Assembly (NCBI GenBank): GCA_013265495.1
Contig: MU058059.1
Span: 310,001-374,000 of the forward strand
Direction: 5' to 3'
DNA length: 64,000 nt
Source of the DNA: Vicugna vicugna
Taxonomy: Eukaryota
The notes beneath the pieces are model-generated. The model made no database searches. It had not been told where the DNA came from and saw only the letters and a list, made by a program, of their open reading frames with translations. Every line of letters begins with the position of its first letter. The stretch's first letter is position 1. This document shows, one piece after another, positions 27,587-39,177 of this stretch. A program made the position numbers and the translations under genes.

Positions 27587-29407
27587 TGCTGCGTCAGAGT
27601 GAAAGCTAATCGGCATTTTCTAATGAAAGTTTCTTTACGCAGTATCCACGCAGCTCCTTTCCCACAACTTCTCATACATACGAATCAGTCACTCGTGAAG
27701 TCACATTCTGGAGGGCAGGTTAACGGTGGGCCAACTCAATTACAAAACGCAAAATCTGTAAAGTCCGTCCAGCAGGCTCTTGTGTTTTGGGGGAAAGGTG
27801 TTAAGGCTCCCTGGATCCAGGGAAATCCTTGTAACATTGAAATAAAAATAAAAAGGGGGAGAGAAGCAGCAGGAAGTCCACGTATACGCTATAATCACCC
27901 CTCATCCCCTACTCAGACCGCCTCCAAGACGTCAAGTGTCTGTGCCCTGCAATGAGCTCATGTCCTGAGACCCAGTCCCCCGAGAAGAAGGGACCTCAGC
28001 TGCACTGCTCTCCGGTCAGTACTGGGTAAGCCTCGGTCTTGGGCCCTGATGATTGGGGGCTGGATGACCGCCCTGTATCCATGACTGGTTCATGAGCTCA
28101 CTTGCCACCTGCATTTACACTTGACCTCTGTACTCCGCCTCTGCCTCCCCCAGCCGGGACTTCTGCCCAGGCTGTCCACCACCTGGCGCCTCAGAATCCC
28201 TGCCTCGGACCAAAGCCTGATACTACTCGTTGCTTCTACTTGCCCTTCTCCCCTTTGCTTTCGGCAGTGAAGGAGAGAACACTCAGGGGAATGCAGGTGG
28301 GTCTGGTGACATGCTGGTCCCTGGGGACTTTGAGCTGAATTGTTAGAACCTTAGTTCTCAGTCTTCCCGACCTGTTCTGGACACTCCTCGCTCCTGCAGA
28401 GGCAAACTAGAAGCAGTGGGAAGGCAGCAGATGGCAGGGTTGCTTTTTTTTTTCTCTCCAGGAACACCAACTGCCATCATGGCCCTAGGCAAAACCATGT
28501 AGAAGGCAGAAGTTATCTATGGAATCTTCCAGTCTCAACTCTGAATTTCTCTTTCTGCTTTTGACTCACTTTCCAATGCTCATCTGGCTATGCAATAAAT
28601 ACCCACCTAGAACTTAGATTGCTCTTCCTTTTCCCTGTACGTCAATCAGTTAAAACCCCTTCTCTAAAAAATGACAGATTTTGTTGGTAAGTCTTAATCC
28701 AGTTAGTACAATTAACACTAAATTGTTCTGTATGTGGCACTCTCCTGTTCAAAGTATCTTTTGCTTCCTAAAATGTGATTACTAATCTCAATGATTTAAT
28801 GGAATGTGAAATTTGCAGAATACATGAGAGACCATTCTGACCAAGATGCTAATTTTTCTTTTAGCTGATTTTCTAAAATAAATTTCACTGACGAAAACTA
28901 CCCTATTAGCACTAACCCCCAGCACTTCTCTCTGTAAGTAACTCTACACTCCATCGAATCATACAACAAACAGCCCTCAGTGTCAGAAAGAATGTGAATT
29001 TGAGTTTGCCCAGATAAAGCATAAAAAGATTCCACAAGTTGCTTGCTTGGATAATCAAGAAAACAATGACCCAGAGGTAGAGAGCACAGAAAGTCAATAC
29101 ACTGGCAATGAAGGTACAAATGCTCACCTTACAAACTGGAAGACTCCTGGTGGGCTAAGTCCTTTCTGAGTGTTTGACTAGTTAGATGGTCGGCAAAGGA
29201 CGACTCAGGGATGACTGCACCGGAGTCCTGGTGTCTGCTTTAGCATGCATGCTTTACTCGGTGTTTCACTGGCCATGGGCCTGTCTATGAAGGCTAGAGC
29301 AAGGGGAGAATCATGATGTCAAGATAATTACTGCAACTGCTTTTTCACACCTCCAATAGCTGATGTGGGGAGAAAATGAAAGCTAAAAATTATTTGATGA
29401 CAAAAAA

Positions 29408-30420
29408 CCATACTGACCGGTGCGAGGTGACACCTCACTGTAGTTCTGATTTTCATTTCTCTAATGATCAGTGATGTTGAGCATATTTTCATGTGCCTAT
29501 TGGCCACCTGCATGTCTTCTTTGGAGAAATGTCTGTTTAGGTCTTCTGCCCAATTTTTGGATTGGGTTGTGTTTTTTTGATACTGAGTAGTATGAACTGT
29601 TTGTGTATTTTAGAAATTAAGCCCTTTTGAAATTTATGGTAGTTTTACTGTTGGTGGTAATGCAAATTGATACAGCCACTATGGAGAACACCATGGAGGT
29701 TCCTTCAAATACTAGAAATAGAGTTACTGTATGATCCAGCAATCCCATTCCCAGGCATATATCCAGAAAAGATGAAAACTCTAATTTGAAAAGATACACG
29801 TACCCCAATCTTCATAGCAGCACTATTTACAGCTGCCACGACAAGGAAACAACCTAAATTGATTGATAAATGAATAAATGAATATTGATAGATAAATGAA
29901 TAAAGAAGACGTGATGTATATAATAAACACACACACACACATATATACACACACACATACACATACATATATACATACATACTATGGGCTATTACCCAGC
30001 CATAAAAAAGAATAAAATAATGCCTTTTCCAGCAATATGGATGGACCTACAGATTACCACACTAAGTGAAGTAAGTCAGACAGAGAAGTACAAATATATG
30101 ATATCACTTATATGTGGAATCTAAAAAGAGACACAAATGAATTTATTTACAAAACAGAAGTAGACTCACAGACACAGAAAACAAACTTACGGTTACCAAA
30201 GGAGGAAAAGAGGGTAGGGATGAATTAGGAGTGTGAGATTAACAGGCACACACTACTAATATAAAATAGCATTTGCCAAATAGCACAGAGAACTATATTT
30301 AATATCTTGTAATAACCTATAATGGAAGAGAATCTGAAAAATAATATATATGTATTCTTTCCTGTCCACCTGAAACTAACACAACATTGTAAATCAACTA
30401 TACTTCAATAAAATTTTTAA
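29408..30420 (+). mobile_element. L1 with 5' inversion (inverted 29408-29627, sense 29647-30420)
   Basis: Antisense ORF2 piece (peptide [30 protein letters not shown] on minus) followed by sense ORF2 end and 3'UTR ending tatacttcaataaaa. Confidence 0.9.
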
Positions 30421-30426
30421 AAAACC

Positions 30427-30900
30427 TCACTTGGAATGACATTCTCCAGGGACATCCATGTTGCTGCAAATGGCGTTATGCTGTCATTTTTATGGCTGAA
30501 TAGTATTCCACTATATAAACGTATCCCATCTTCTTTATCCAGTCATCTACTGATGGTTATTTAGGCTCTTTCCATGTCCTGGCTATTGTAAATAGTGCTG
30601 GTATGAACACTGGGGTGCAGGTGTCTTTTTGAAGTAGGGTTCCTTCTGGATATATGACTAGGAGTGGGATTTCTGGGTCATATGGTAAGTCTATTCCTAG
30701 TCTTTTGAGGAATCTCCATACTGTTTTCCCCAGTGGCTGCTTGTGGTAGCTCATGGTGAAAAAGTATGTGACAATGAAAATATGTATGTTCATGTATAAC
30801 TGAAAAATTGTGTTCTACACTGGAAATTAACAAAACATTGTAAACTGACTATAACTCAATAAAATATAATTAAAAATAAAAGATAAAAATAAATTTAAAA
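30427..30900 (+). mobile_element. Younger L1 with 5' inversion (inverted 30427-30740, sense 30741-30900)
   Basis: Antisense ORF2 end (KTVWRFLKRLGIDLPYDPEIPLL on minus), then sense 3' end ...ctacactggaaattaacaaaacattgtaaactgactataactcaataaaa + A-rich tail. Confidence 0.9.
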
Positions 30901-31454
30901 ACTGATGTGATTTACCATGTTAAGAAAAAGTATAATTATATTGATAAATAAAAAATAATTTGATAGAAAAAATATTTTTTTTAAAAACCTAAAAACCAAA
31001 AGATACTGTGATGAATTTCAGAAGATTACATTTATGTATTACAACAACAGTGATCAAGAGTCAACTGCCTTTCATGCAAACAAGCACTCTGTGACATTTT
31101 TAAATGAAGACCTCTGACATCAACGTGTGGGCTATACGTATAACCTTTAGTAATTTATTAGGTAATATAAACAATACAAGCAGTCAACTTCACACAAATT
31201 TGATGTTCTGGGTGAGTCTGGTACCTATGGACTCACGTCAGCCGTGGGTTTGCTAATGGGCTCGCTCGCTCACTCGCTGAGCTAGCTGAGCAAGCCTCCC
31301 TCCCTTACTTACCCTGTTGCAGCTATTCTTTTTCCTTTTTGCTTGAATTTTTCTTATGTTTACAGATTGATTTGGGACGTTTTATGATAATAGCTTTTCA
31401 CAAACACAGAAATCCAAGTGCGATAGTCAGGAGAGCAGTGTTTGTTCCCATGAC

Positions 31455-31459
<5 letters not shown>

Positions 31460-31485
<26 letters not shown>
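31460..31485. repeat. (GT)13 microsatellite
   Basis: Read directly from the sequence. Confidence 0.95.
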
Positions 31486-31835
31486 CTCATGAACCTGCTA
31501 TTTCAGTCAGCTGCTGTCCGAATACTATGCTTAATGCCCGTGGCTCCCTGCACACTAGCTCTCCTAACCCTCGGAACGCCTCATCTGTAGCAGTGATAGG
31601 TTATCCCCAGGAAACTAGAAAGATTTCTCGCTGTCCATCTTTCCCTCTCAGAAACACTTTTAGTGCCTATGTAATTATTTCAGCTAAACCCTATGGTGAC
31701 ATCAGCTCTACTTAGTGTTTAATGAGAAACTTCTTCCTACTTACATTTTTTTTAAAACAAATACTAGAGTTGTAAGAGTTGTCGGTAGTCATAAACTCCA
31801 AATCTCCGCACCCCAAGGAAGTATTCGTGCTAAAT

Positions 31836-32316
31836 GGTGAGTTACTTATTGATATCTCAGAACAAATGACTTCAAAACTCAGCAGCTTAAACAACAAACA
31901 TTCATTATCTCCCATAGTTTCTGAGGTTCTGGAATTGGGAAGCCGCTTGGCCAGGATCTCATGAGGTTCCAGTCAAGCTGTCCACTGGGGTTGCAGTCAT
32001 CTGAAGGCTAGACTGGGGCACGAAGACCCACTTCTAAGCTCACTCAGATGGCTCCTGGGAGGACGCTCAGTTCCTCACCACACATATGCCCTCACAGCAC
32101 TGCTCCCAACATGGCAGCTGGGTTCCCCAGAGTGAGTGACCCAAGAAAGACTGACCAAAATAGATACTGTGGAATCTTTTACAACCCAGCCTCAGAAGTG
32201 ACAAACTATCACTTTGCCATGTTCTATTGGTCACAAATAATGACTAAAATTAGGGACAGGACTACACAAAGATGTGAATACAAGGAAGCAGGGGTCAGTG
32301 GAGACTGGCTCTCACA
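31836..32316 (-). mobile_element. MaLR solo LTR (MLT1F/E-like)
   Basis: aaaactcagcagcttaaacaacaaacattcattatctcccatagtttctg...gcagtcatctgaaggctagactgggg...cagcctcagaagtgaca. Confidence 0.85.
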
Positions 32317-34967
32317 GAGGTGTATTTGCCTTCTGACAAGCTAATTCCTCGCTCAGATGGCAGTCTGCTGCATTTCCGCACAGCTAAGGCTGTCAGACAA
32401 GCTCTTCATGGACAGGTCAGCACTCACCTGTGTAAGAGTCGACGGCACAGAAACAAGTATAATTCACTAGATTTTGATAGCTTCTATGTTTTTTAAATTA
32501 TTGGAATATTAAAGTTCCAATTTGATTGCTATTTTTGGATTTCTTCAAAGGCAATCAACACAATTTTCAAGCAAATTTATTCTATAGCCATAGCTAAATA
32601 GAAAGTATAGTAGGGAAGAAAAAACAGTGAATGAAAGAGAAAGGAACATCAAAGAGGACAGAGCACATGCTTATTTGATGCTACAGCAGGTGTTAGGATG
32701 CTAATTTCGCCACCACCAGAGTTTCTCTCTCCTCCCTCCCTTCCTCGTGCTACCAGATCAATCTTTTATTTTCTAGTCTTAGAAGTTAGGATTGTGAGTT
32801 GGAGCTCTTCTAATGTCCTGTGACTATAGTTCCATTTATGCCACTTGTACCAAAATATGGCAGACTTGTTTGGCATCTGTAAGAATTTTTGAGATACTAA
32901 ATATAAAAACTATTATGTTGAGAAGCAACACCATCGAACTTGAAACACTCCATTAAACACCTCTTCCCGTTGTAAAGATGACACGTTTCGCGTGTCTGCT
33001 TCTTGCCCAAAAACATGTAAGAACTAATGGACTAAAACTTAATACATGTTTAGGTTGTTCCAAGGTCAATTTTAGGAAATTATACATTACCAGAGGAATC
33101 AGTGAAAAATAAGAATGATGCAAATACTAATTTTTTTTAAGGAGTTCTTTCACTAAGTGTAGTGAAACATTTTTCTTGCTTAGTGATCAGCAGTTGTTTG
33201 GAGATAATCTGAACAAGGTTTTTAAGTAATGCCAAAAATACGTATGTCAGAATGATGAATTATTAAAAACTGATAAATCAGGGTGTCCATAATGAATATT
33301 AACTATGTTGCAATATTAGAAAATCATTTTTATAAATCTATTGCTATTTATTGGATTTCTGTCAAACTACAGTAAGATATCATAGTAAGCATATCCAAGA
33401 GCTACCAGCTTGACCTTTCCCCACTTCTGTTTCATTTTCACATGACGCTGACTATAATACTGACTCTCTGTAAGTAGAAATAAGTTCCCTTTGGGAAACA
33501 AATGATGTCGTTTCTGTTCTAATACTATTTCATTTTCACCCAGAAATAAAAACATTGGAAAAGGAGCATTGGAATGGTCTATAACTACTACAACCAGAAG
33601 TCAGATGGTAAGTCTAGTCACTGAACACCATGGACATGCTACAAACGTGTACATTCATCTAGGAAATTCTAAGTCTGACCACAAAGACTAGTTGGAACCT
33701 TAACCTCCAAAATAATTTCACCCTGAGCTTCTGTTTACATAAATTGTTCCTAATGTTCTCTAACTCTTCAGAAACCACCTCCATGCTACGGCCTGTCTCA
33801 CTTTAGCAAACTAGTGATTAAAATGCAAACTCACGCTATTCGTGACAGAACATTCTCCAGTTTATAGTAACCCTGTTTTCATTGCTCAGAAGCTCTGGGA
33901 GAGTTTCTCCCACTGGGGGAACCAGATCTCATTCTCTGAGAGAGTCAGCCTTGCACATGGGACGGACACACTGCTGTAGTACTCAGAGTCTGAGGGAGCG
34001 ACTAACACGGGGCAGATTCATTACATCTGGCCACTTTGCAGCGATCTTATTTCTTTGTGTTCTTTTCATGGCTGCAGCCTATGTAAAGTAAAATGCAAGG
34101 CCAAGCCCCATTCTGTTAGTCCCTTGGAACATGTGCTGTCAGAAGCATCCTTCCCCCTTGTGGTCCCTTGTGTCAGGGCCACTTTGGGGGAACACAAAGT
34201 ATTTAGCATAAGACGAGTGATCTCTTAATTTAAAACATCAGGAATAACTTTTTAATGCTAATAATGCATTTAGTGACAGATTAATATTCCACCAACAGGG
34301 ACTACTATTTGGTAATCTGATCACATAACAGTAGTAATTTCTAAGTGTTTGGAATATATGTTTCTTAAGAGGAGTTCTTATTGAAAATGAAGGGCATTAA
34401 AAAAAATCCACCCCACAGAAAGGGAATCACTATTTTTCCTTTATAATAAAAGAAATATCTTTCAGATTCTTTATTACATTTGGAAGATGGAAACTCCTAT
34501 CTCTCTACCTGACCACCCCTAAATTAATATCCCCAACCTTTGACTGGCATCCTACAGTTATTTCTAGTCAGTTCAGTTTTTTACTTAGTAATCAGGTGCT
34601 TTTTTGTAGCTTACTTTCCAAAAGTAAAGTCCCAAGAACAATTGTCTGCAGAACAGCAGTAATGCGTCTTGTCTCAGACGCTGCTCTCAGAGGATGGCCT
34701 ACACCTCACATACTTTTCATGGCGAGTAACATTCCTTAGTCACCAAGTCCTTTTATTGTTTGATCCAATCACTCCCACATTTAAGAAGTAGCAGTTTTCA
34801 TAAGGGAATTCTCCTTCCCCTATGAATTATTTTCTACACTGTTGACATAGGATTTCAAGGGCAACTCTCCTCCTGACTCAAAACCCCACCTATAAATGGG
34901 GAGATTCCTGATTTAGAAAGTGGTCAAAGATTCTTGGGGTACAGGAAGGTTTCTGTTCATGTGGAAT

Positions 34968-35132
34968 AGAGTGTCTCCAAACTGGCTGCACCTCGGAATC
35001 ATCTGAGAAAATTTTACAAAGAGCTCAAGCCCAGACCCAAAAGCAAGAGACCCTGGGGTGAAGCCCAGGGCCCAGGATTTGAGAGATCGCCCGGTGTTTC
35101 TAACAGGCAACCAGGGCTGAAAACCTCCAGTT
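34968..35132. mobile_element. MER5-like DNA transposon relic
   Basis: gtctccaaactggctgcacctcggaatcatctg...ggtgtttctaacaggcaaccagggctgaaaacc. Confidence 0.7.
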
Positions 35133-36362
35133 AGAACAACACTTACAAAGACTTTATACCATGATGACCTTGCCTTGAATAATACTACGTAATTCCCCAT
35201 ACATGACTGACCAAGAATACGGCAGTCTTAGAGACACATGTCATTTATCTGTTATCCCTTGAGAACAGCTACTAGGAATGAAAAATTCTCCAGATAATAG
35301 AAATCTAGTCTGTCAATGCTGAGATAGTAAAATATTTAACCATTTTTGTTGGAAATCTTGCTAAGAAATCTGCTACTCTTTGCCTTGAAGAAAGGGTGCC
35401 CTAAGTACATCAACATTTGCTCGACGGTGTCAGCATCAGCCCTGCAGACGCCTGCAGTTGTATTACTTGTTTTTGTGATATTTAGGTACCCCCACTTTTA
35501 TTTTTATTATTTCATTTAAAACATTTTTAAACAACTTTATTGTGGTATAACTTCGGTACAGTAAACTACACAATTTCAGGTGGACGCAGTTTTGAAAGTT
35601 TTGGGGGTAATGATTCTTATCATGCCTCAGTCTCAATTATTACATCTCAGTATTTTTAACTGTCTGACCTCATCCCTCTCCATCTCTCTTTGTTCTTGCC
35701 CTTCCTGCTTCTAATCGAATGATGCCAATATTGATCAGGTTGAAATGCCCGAATATACCTTGAGAAGACCTTGAAGCCTGAGAGATCAGGCAGTCATGCT
35801 TATTTGTATCAAGCGCCTTTGCTGGCGCCCTGAGATGGCAGTTGGTGGGCTCTGCTGTGAGGACATACGGATGTCTCTTCTCCTCCCTGGAAAGCACGTG
35901 AACCCTGTGACCAAATTTCCCCTTGAAATTCTTTACCCCGGTTTGCGTTTCATGACTGCACTCAGGACAATGGAAGTGGGCAGAAATCTGACTGCCAGAT
36001 AAATGGGATAGTTTTCTACTAAAAATCTACATCATTTAGAAGAGCCTTGATCTGAATGAGGGATGGCTGGAGGTTTCACACAGCGGGAGATGTTCCTGTT
36101 CCTCAGTTTGCGTCATAATGACCCTCCCCGAACACACACTCCTCTAACAAAGAACCCTCATGCCTGACAAAGGGATTGGAAAACTGCGTGGTACACAACC
36201 CAGCTGATGGCAAAATGATCCAAAGAAATGTCTAGAAATGTAAAGGCAGAGATGACATTTCATAAAATATAGTTAACTCAACAACTCTTCCAAGCAAAGG
36301 TTCCAGAATTGGTCAGAATAATGATACCAAAAGCAGCTACCAAACGCACCGTCCATACTGAC

Positions 36363-36430
36363 CTCAGCATGTTCTACTCGTCTTCTCTCTGCTGTAATTT
36401 CTCATCATAATGTCACCCCAATCAGAGCAC
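36363..36430 (-). other. Candidate 68-nt non-coding exon containing upstream ATGs
   Basis: Minus strand: tctgacacctctgggcttttctgaattacaaattag|GTGCTCTG...AACATGCTGAG|gtcagt; purine-rich body (possible splicing enhancers); stops in all frames. Confidence 0.5.
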
Positions 36431-37470
36431 CTAATTTGTAATTCAGAAAAGCCCAGAGGTGTCAGATTGGACTGCACAAAATATTTATCATTAGTACTTA
36501 AATTTAGCTCCAATGCCCAAATTGGCGTGAATGAACAATAACTGGCCAGAAACCACACAGCCTTATGTAAAGAAAAGGCATGTGAATTACTTGAAAATAC
36601 ATATACTTAACAGTTCCTTGGCTTTTTCACCTTTGGGTTCATAATCTTTGTAGACTATACTCCAGTTTCCCATGGGTATAATAATCATAAAGTGAGTAAT
36701 ATTCATAATATTAAATGGTATCTGCTCTCCTTTGAGAACAATTCCTGGGAATGAAATGCAGTATTAACATACTAGAAATAGATACGTATCTCATGTCCTA
36801 GACCTGCATGATTTGCTGCGCACTTCTGTCATTAGAACTGACTCTGAAACACTGCTGCCCACAGCCTATGTAACATGTCCTTCTCTGTAACTCTGGAGAA
36901 GATTCCATCAAAAGGTCGCAGTACAAGGTATGGTGTGATTTCGTTTGTACACCTAATTTGTAATTCAGAAAAGCCCAGAGGTGTCAGATTGGACTGCACA
37001 AAATATTTATCATTAGTACTTAAATTTAGCTCCAATGCCCAAATTGGCGTGAATGAACAATAACTGGCCAGAAACCACACAGCCTTATGTAAAGAAAAGG
37101 CATGTGAATTACTTGAAAATACATATACTTAACAGTTCCTTGGCTTTTTCACCTTTGGGTTCATAATCTTTGTAGACTATACTCCAGTTTCCCATGGGTA
37201 TAATAATCATAAAGTGAGTAATATTCAGAATATTAAATGGTATCTGCTCTCCTTTGAGAACAATTCCTGGGAATGAAATGCAGTATTAACATACTAGAAA
37301 TAGATACGTATCTCATGTCCTAGACCTGCATGATTTGCTGCGCACTTCTGTCATTAGAACTGACTCTGAAACACTGCTGCCCACAGCCTATGTAACATGT
37401 CCTTCTCTGTAACTCTGGAGAAGATTCCATCAAAAGGTCACAGCACAAGGTATGGTGTGATTTCGTTTGT
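36428..37470. repeat. Direct tandem duplication, 2 x 521 bp (36428-36948; 36950-37470)
   Basis: Base-by-base comparison shows 3 mismatches (36706/37228, 36918/37440, 36922/37444); ORF track shows the same peptide MWFLASY...QIRC twice. Confidence 0.98.
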
Positions 37471-37556
37471 TCTCCATTTTTGTGTTACTTATGGTAAAGT
37501 CAGTAGAGGTTTTGTATATAAAATATATCTGTAATATGAGGTGCATATGACTGCTC

Positions 37557-37754
37557 ACCACTTCTCTATCCAGTCATCTGTCGATGGACATTTAGATTGT
37601 TTCCATGTCTTGTCTACTGTGAACAGTGCTGCTGTGAACATTGGTGTGCATGTATCTTTTCGAATTAAGAGTCCCCTCCAGACATATGCCTGGGAATGGG
37701 ATTGCTCGATCATATGGTAAGTCTATTTTTAGTTTTTTGAGGCGTCCCCATACT
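37557..37754 (-). mobile_element. Internal L1 ORF2-end fragment without 3'UTR or tail
   Basis: Minus-strand peptide VWGRLKKLKIDLPYDRAIP...; sequence cagtcatctgtcgatggacatttag. Confidence 0.9.
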
Positions 37755-38098
37755 TTGGAAATAGGGTCTTTGTGGAGATGATGAGACTGGGCTGGATTAG
37801 GGTAGTCCCTCACAAGAAGAAAAGATACACAAAGATACATAAAGAGAAGAAGGCCATGCAAAGATAAAGGAAGAGGTTGCAGCCGCAAAGCAAGGGACCA
37901 GAAAGATTGTCAGGAGCCACAAGAAGCCAGGAAGAGTCAAAGTCTTCAGAGAGAGAGTGTGGTCTTGTTCAATACCCCGATTTTGATTTTGATTGTGACT
38001 TTGAACTTCTAGCCTCCAGAATATGAGAGAATAAACCTGTTGTTTTAAGCTCCCCAGTTGCTGGTGCTTTGCTATTGGCAGCCCTAGGGAACCGATGT
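37755..38098 (+). mobile_element. MaLR LTR (MLT1C-like), apparently lacking its 5' start
   Basis: ttggaaatagggtctttgtggagatg...cttctagcctccagaatatgagagaataaacctgttgttttaag...ggcagccctagggaac. Confidence 0.85.
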
Positions 38099-39177
38099 GG
38101 CGTGAAACAAAAACTTCCCATTCTAACAAATCTGGGAGTGGAGAAGACGAGCCGTCACCGCTAACCTCTCACCATGCTGGGAAGTGACTTGCTCTCTTCA
38201 ACCATCCAGCCCAGCCCAGCTTCCTCCTCCTGCCTCCCCCTCACCCACAGGTCTGTTCCTGGTGCTCACTGTTCCTGGAAATCCCGCCAACACCTCACTC
38301 AGTACCACCGGTTATGACCTGACACGGAAGTTCAAAAGCAAAGCCTTGGAATCATGCTATGCATGCTGCTCTTATAGTTTACAGGGTTTTTTCCCCAGAA
38401 AAAGAAATCCTTTGGTGATAATAAAAGTCATTTGGAAGTCTTATGAGAGATTCTGCATTTTGTAATTTTTAAATAAAAGTGTTGCCAACAGACAATTTTA
38501 GTTTTCTGAGATTGGCCATTACATAGAGAAAGACTGCCCACCAACGTGGGATGAACAGAGACTTCCCTCTGGGGCAGGCCTGGCCCCCAACTGTATGAGG
38601 AGTTTCTTTTGAGACCATGGATCTTCCATATAGTACATCTTTTCACACAAAGTTATGCTAACGGCTATTAAGAATATATTACTTAAGAAAGATGCGAGAA
38701 TTCAGAAGAGGTTTACCAAAGACACTCACACACTTACTTAGTTGAACTGAGATGGGATGGGTGTTACCCAGCTGGTTAGTAACCTGATCGTCCCCTGTGA
38801 TTCACTATAGGCGACGTCGTCTGCAAGACTGCGCGGTCCTTGATCAGAGGAGACAGGCCCGTGCTCGCTGTGCACAGACAACCGATAACCATGCTGAACT
38901 GACAGGGACTGGAAGACCCTCTCTTCTTTCTTTCTACATCTATTGACTAACTGCTTTTGTAAGCAGTTTTGTAACTGCTTTTGCTTCCTTTACTCTGTTC
39001 TTTAGATTACCTTTCAGAGACTGAAACTCAGACACAAAGATTTTAGCAGCAGCCCCCAATGTAACACTGAAATAGATGCTGGCTAAGCTAAGATGTGCAG
39101 CTATTTGGTGGATTCAGTTTATCTATGTTAATCCTTTTCCCCATCACTAAAAAAAAAAACAAAAAACCCAGTGTCCT

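Noticed and set aside
6857..30793. ORFs resembling L1 ORF2 or its antisense (7101-7286, 10420-10668, 29328-29513, 30557-30793)
   Set aside because: Fragments of truncated, degraded L1 copies, not genes.
36358..36415. C/D snoRNA-like pattern on the minus strand (ATGATGA...CTGA with TGAC/GTCA flanks)
   Set aside because: Only ~45 nt from box C to box D, no C'/D' boxes or recognisable rRNA guide; better explained as an exon end plus donor.
36364..37080. Two ORFs with the identical N-terminus MWFLASY...
   Set aside because: A consequence of the tandem duplication; non-ATG starts, not paralogous genes.
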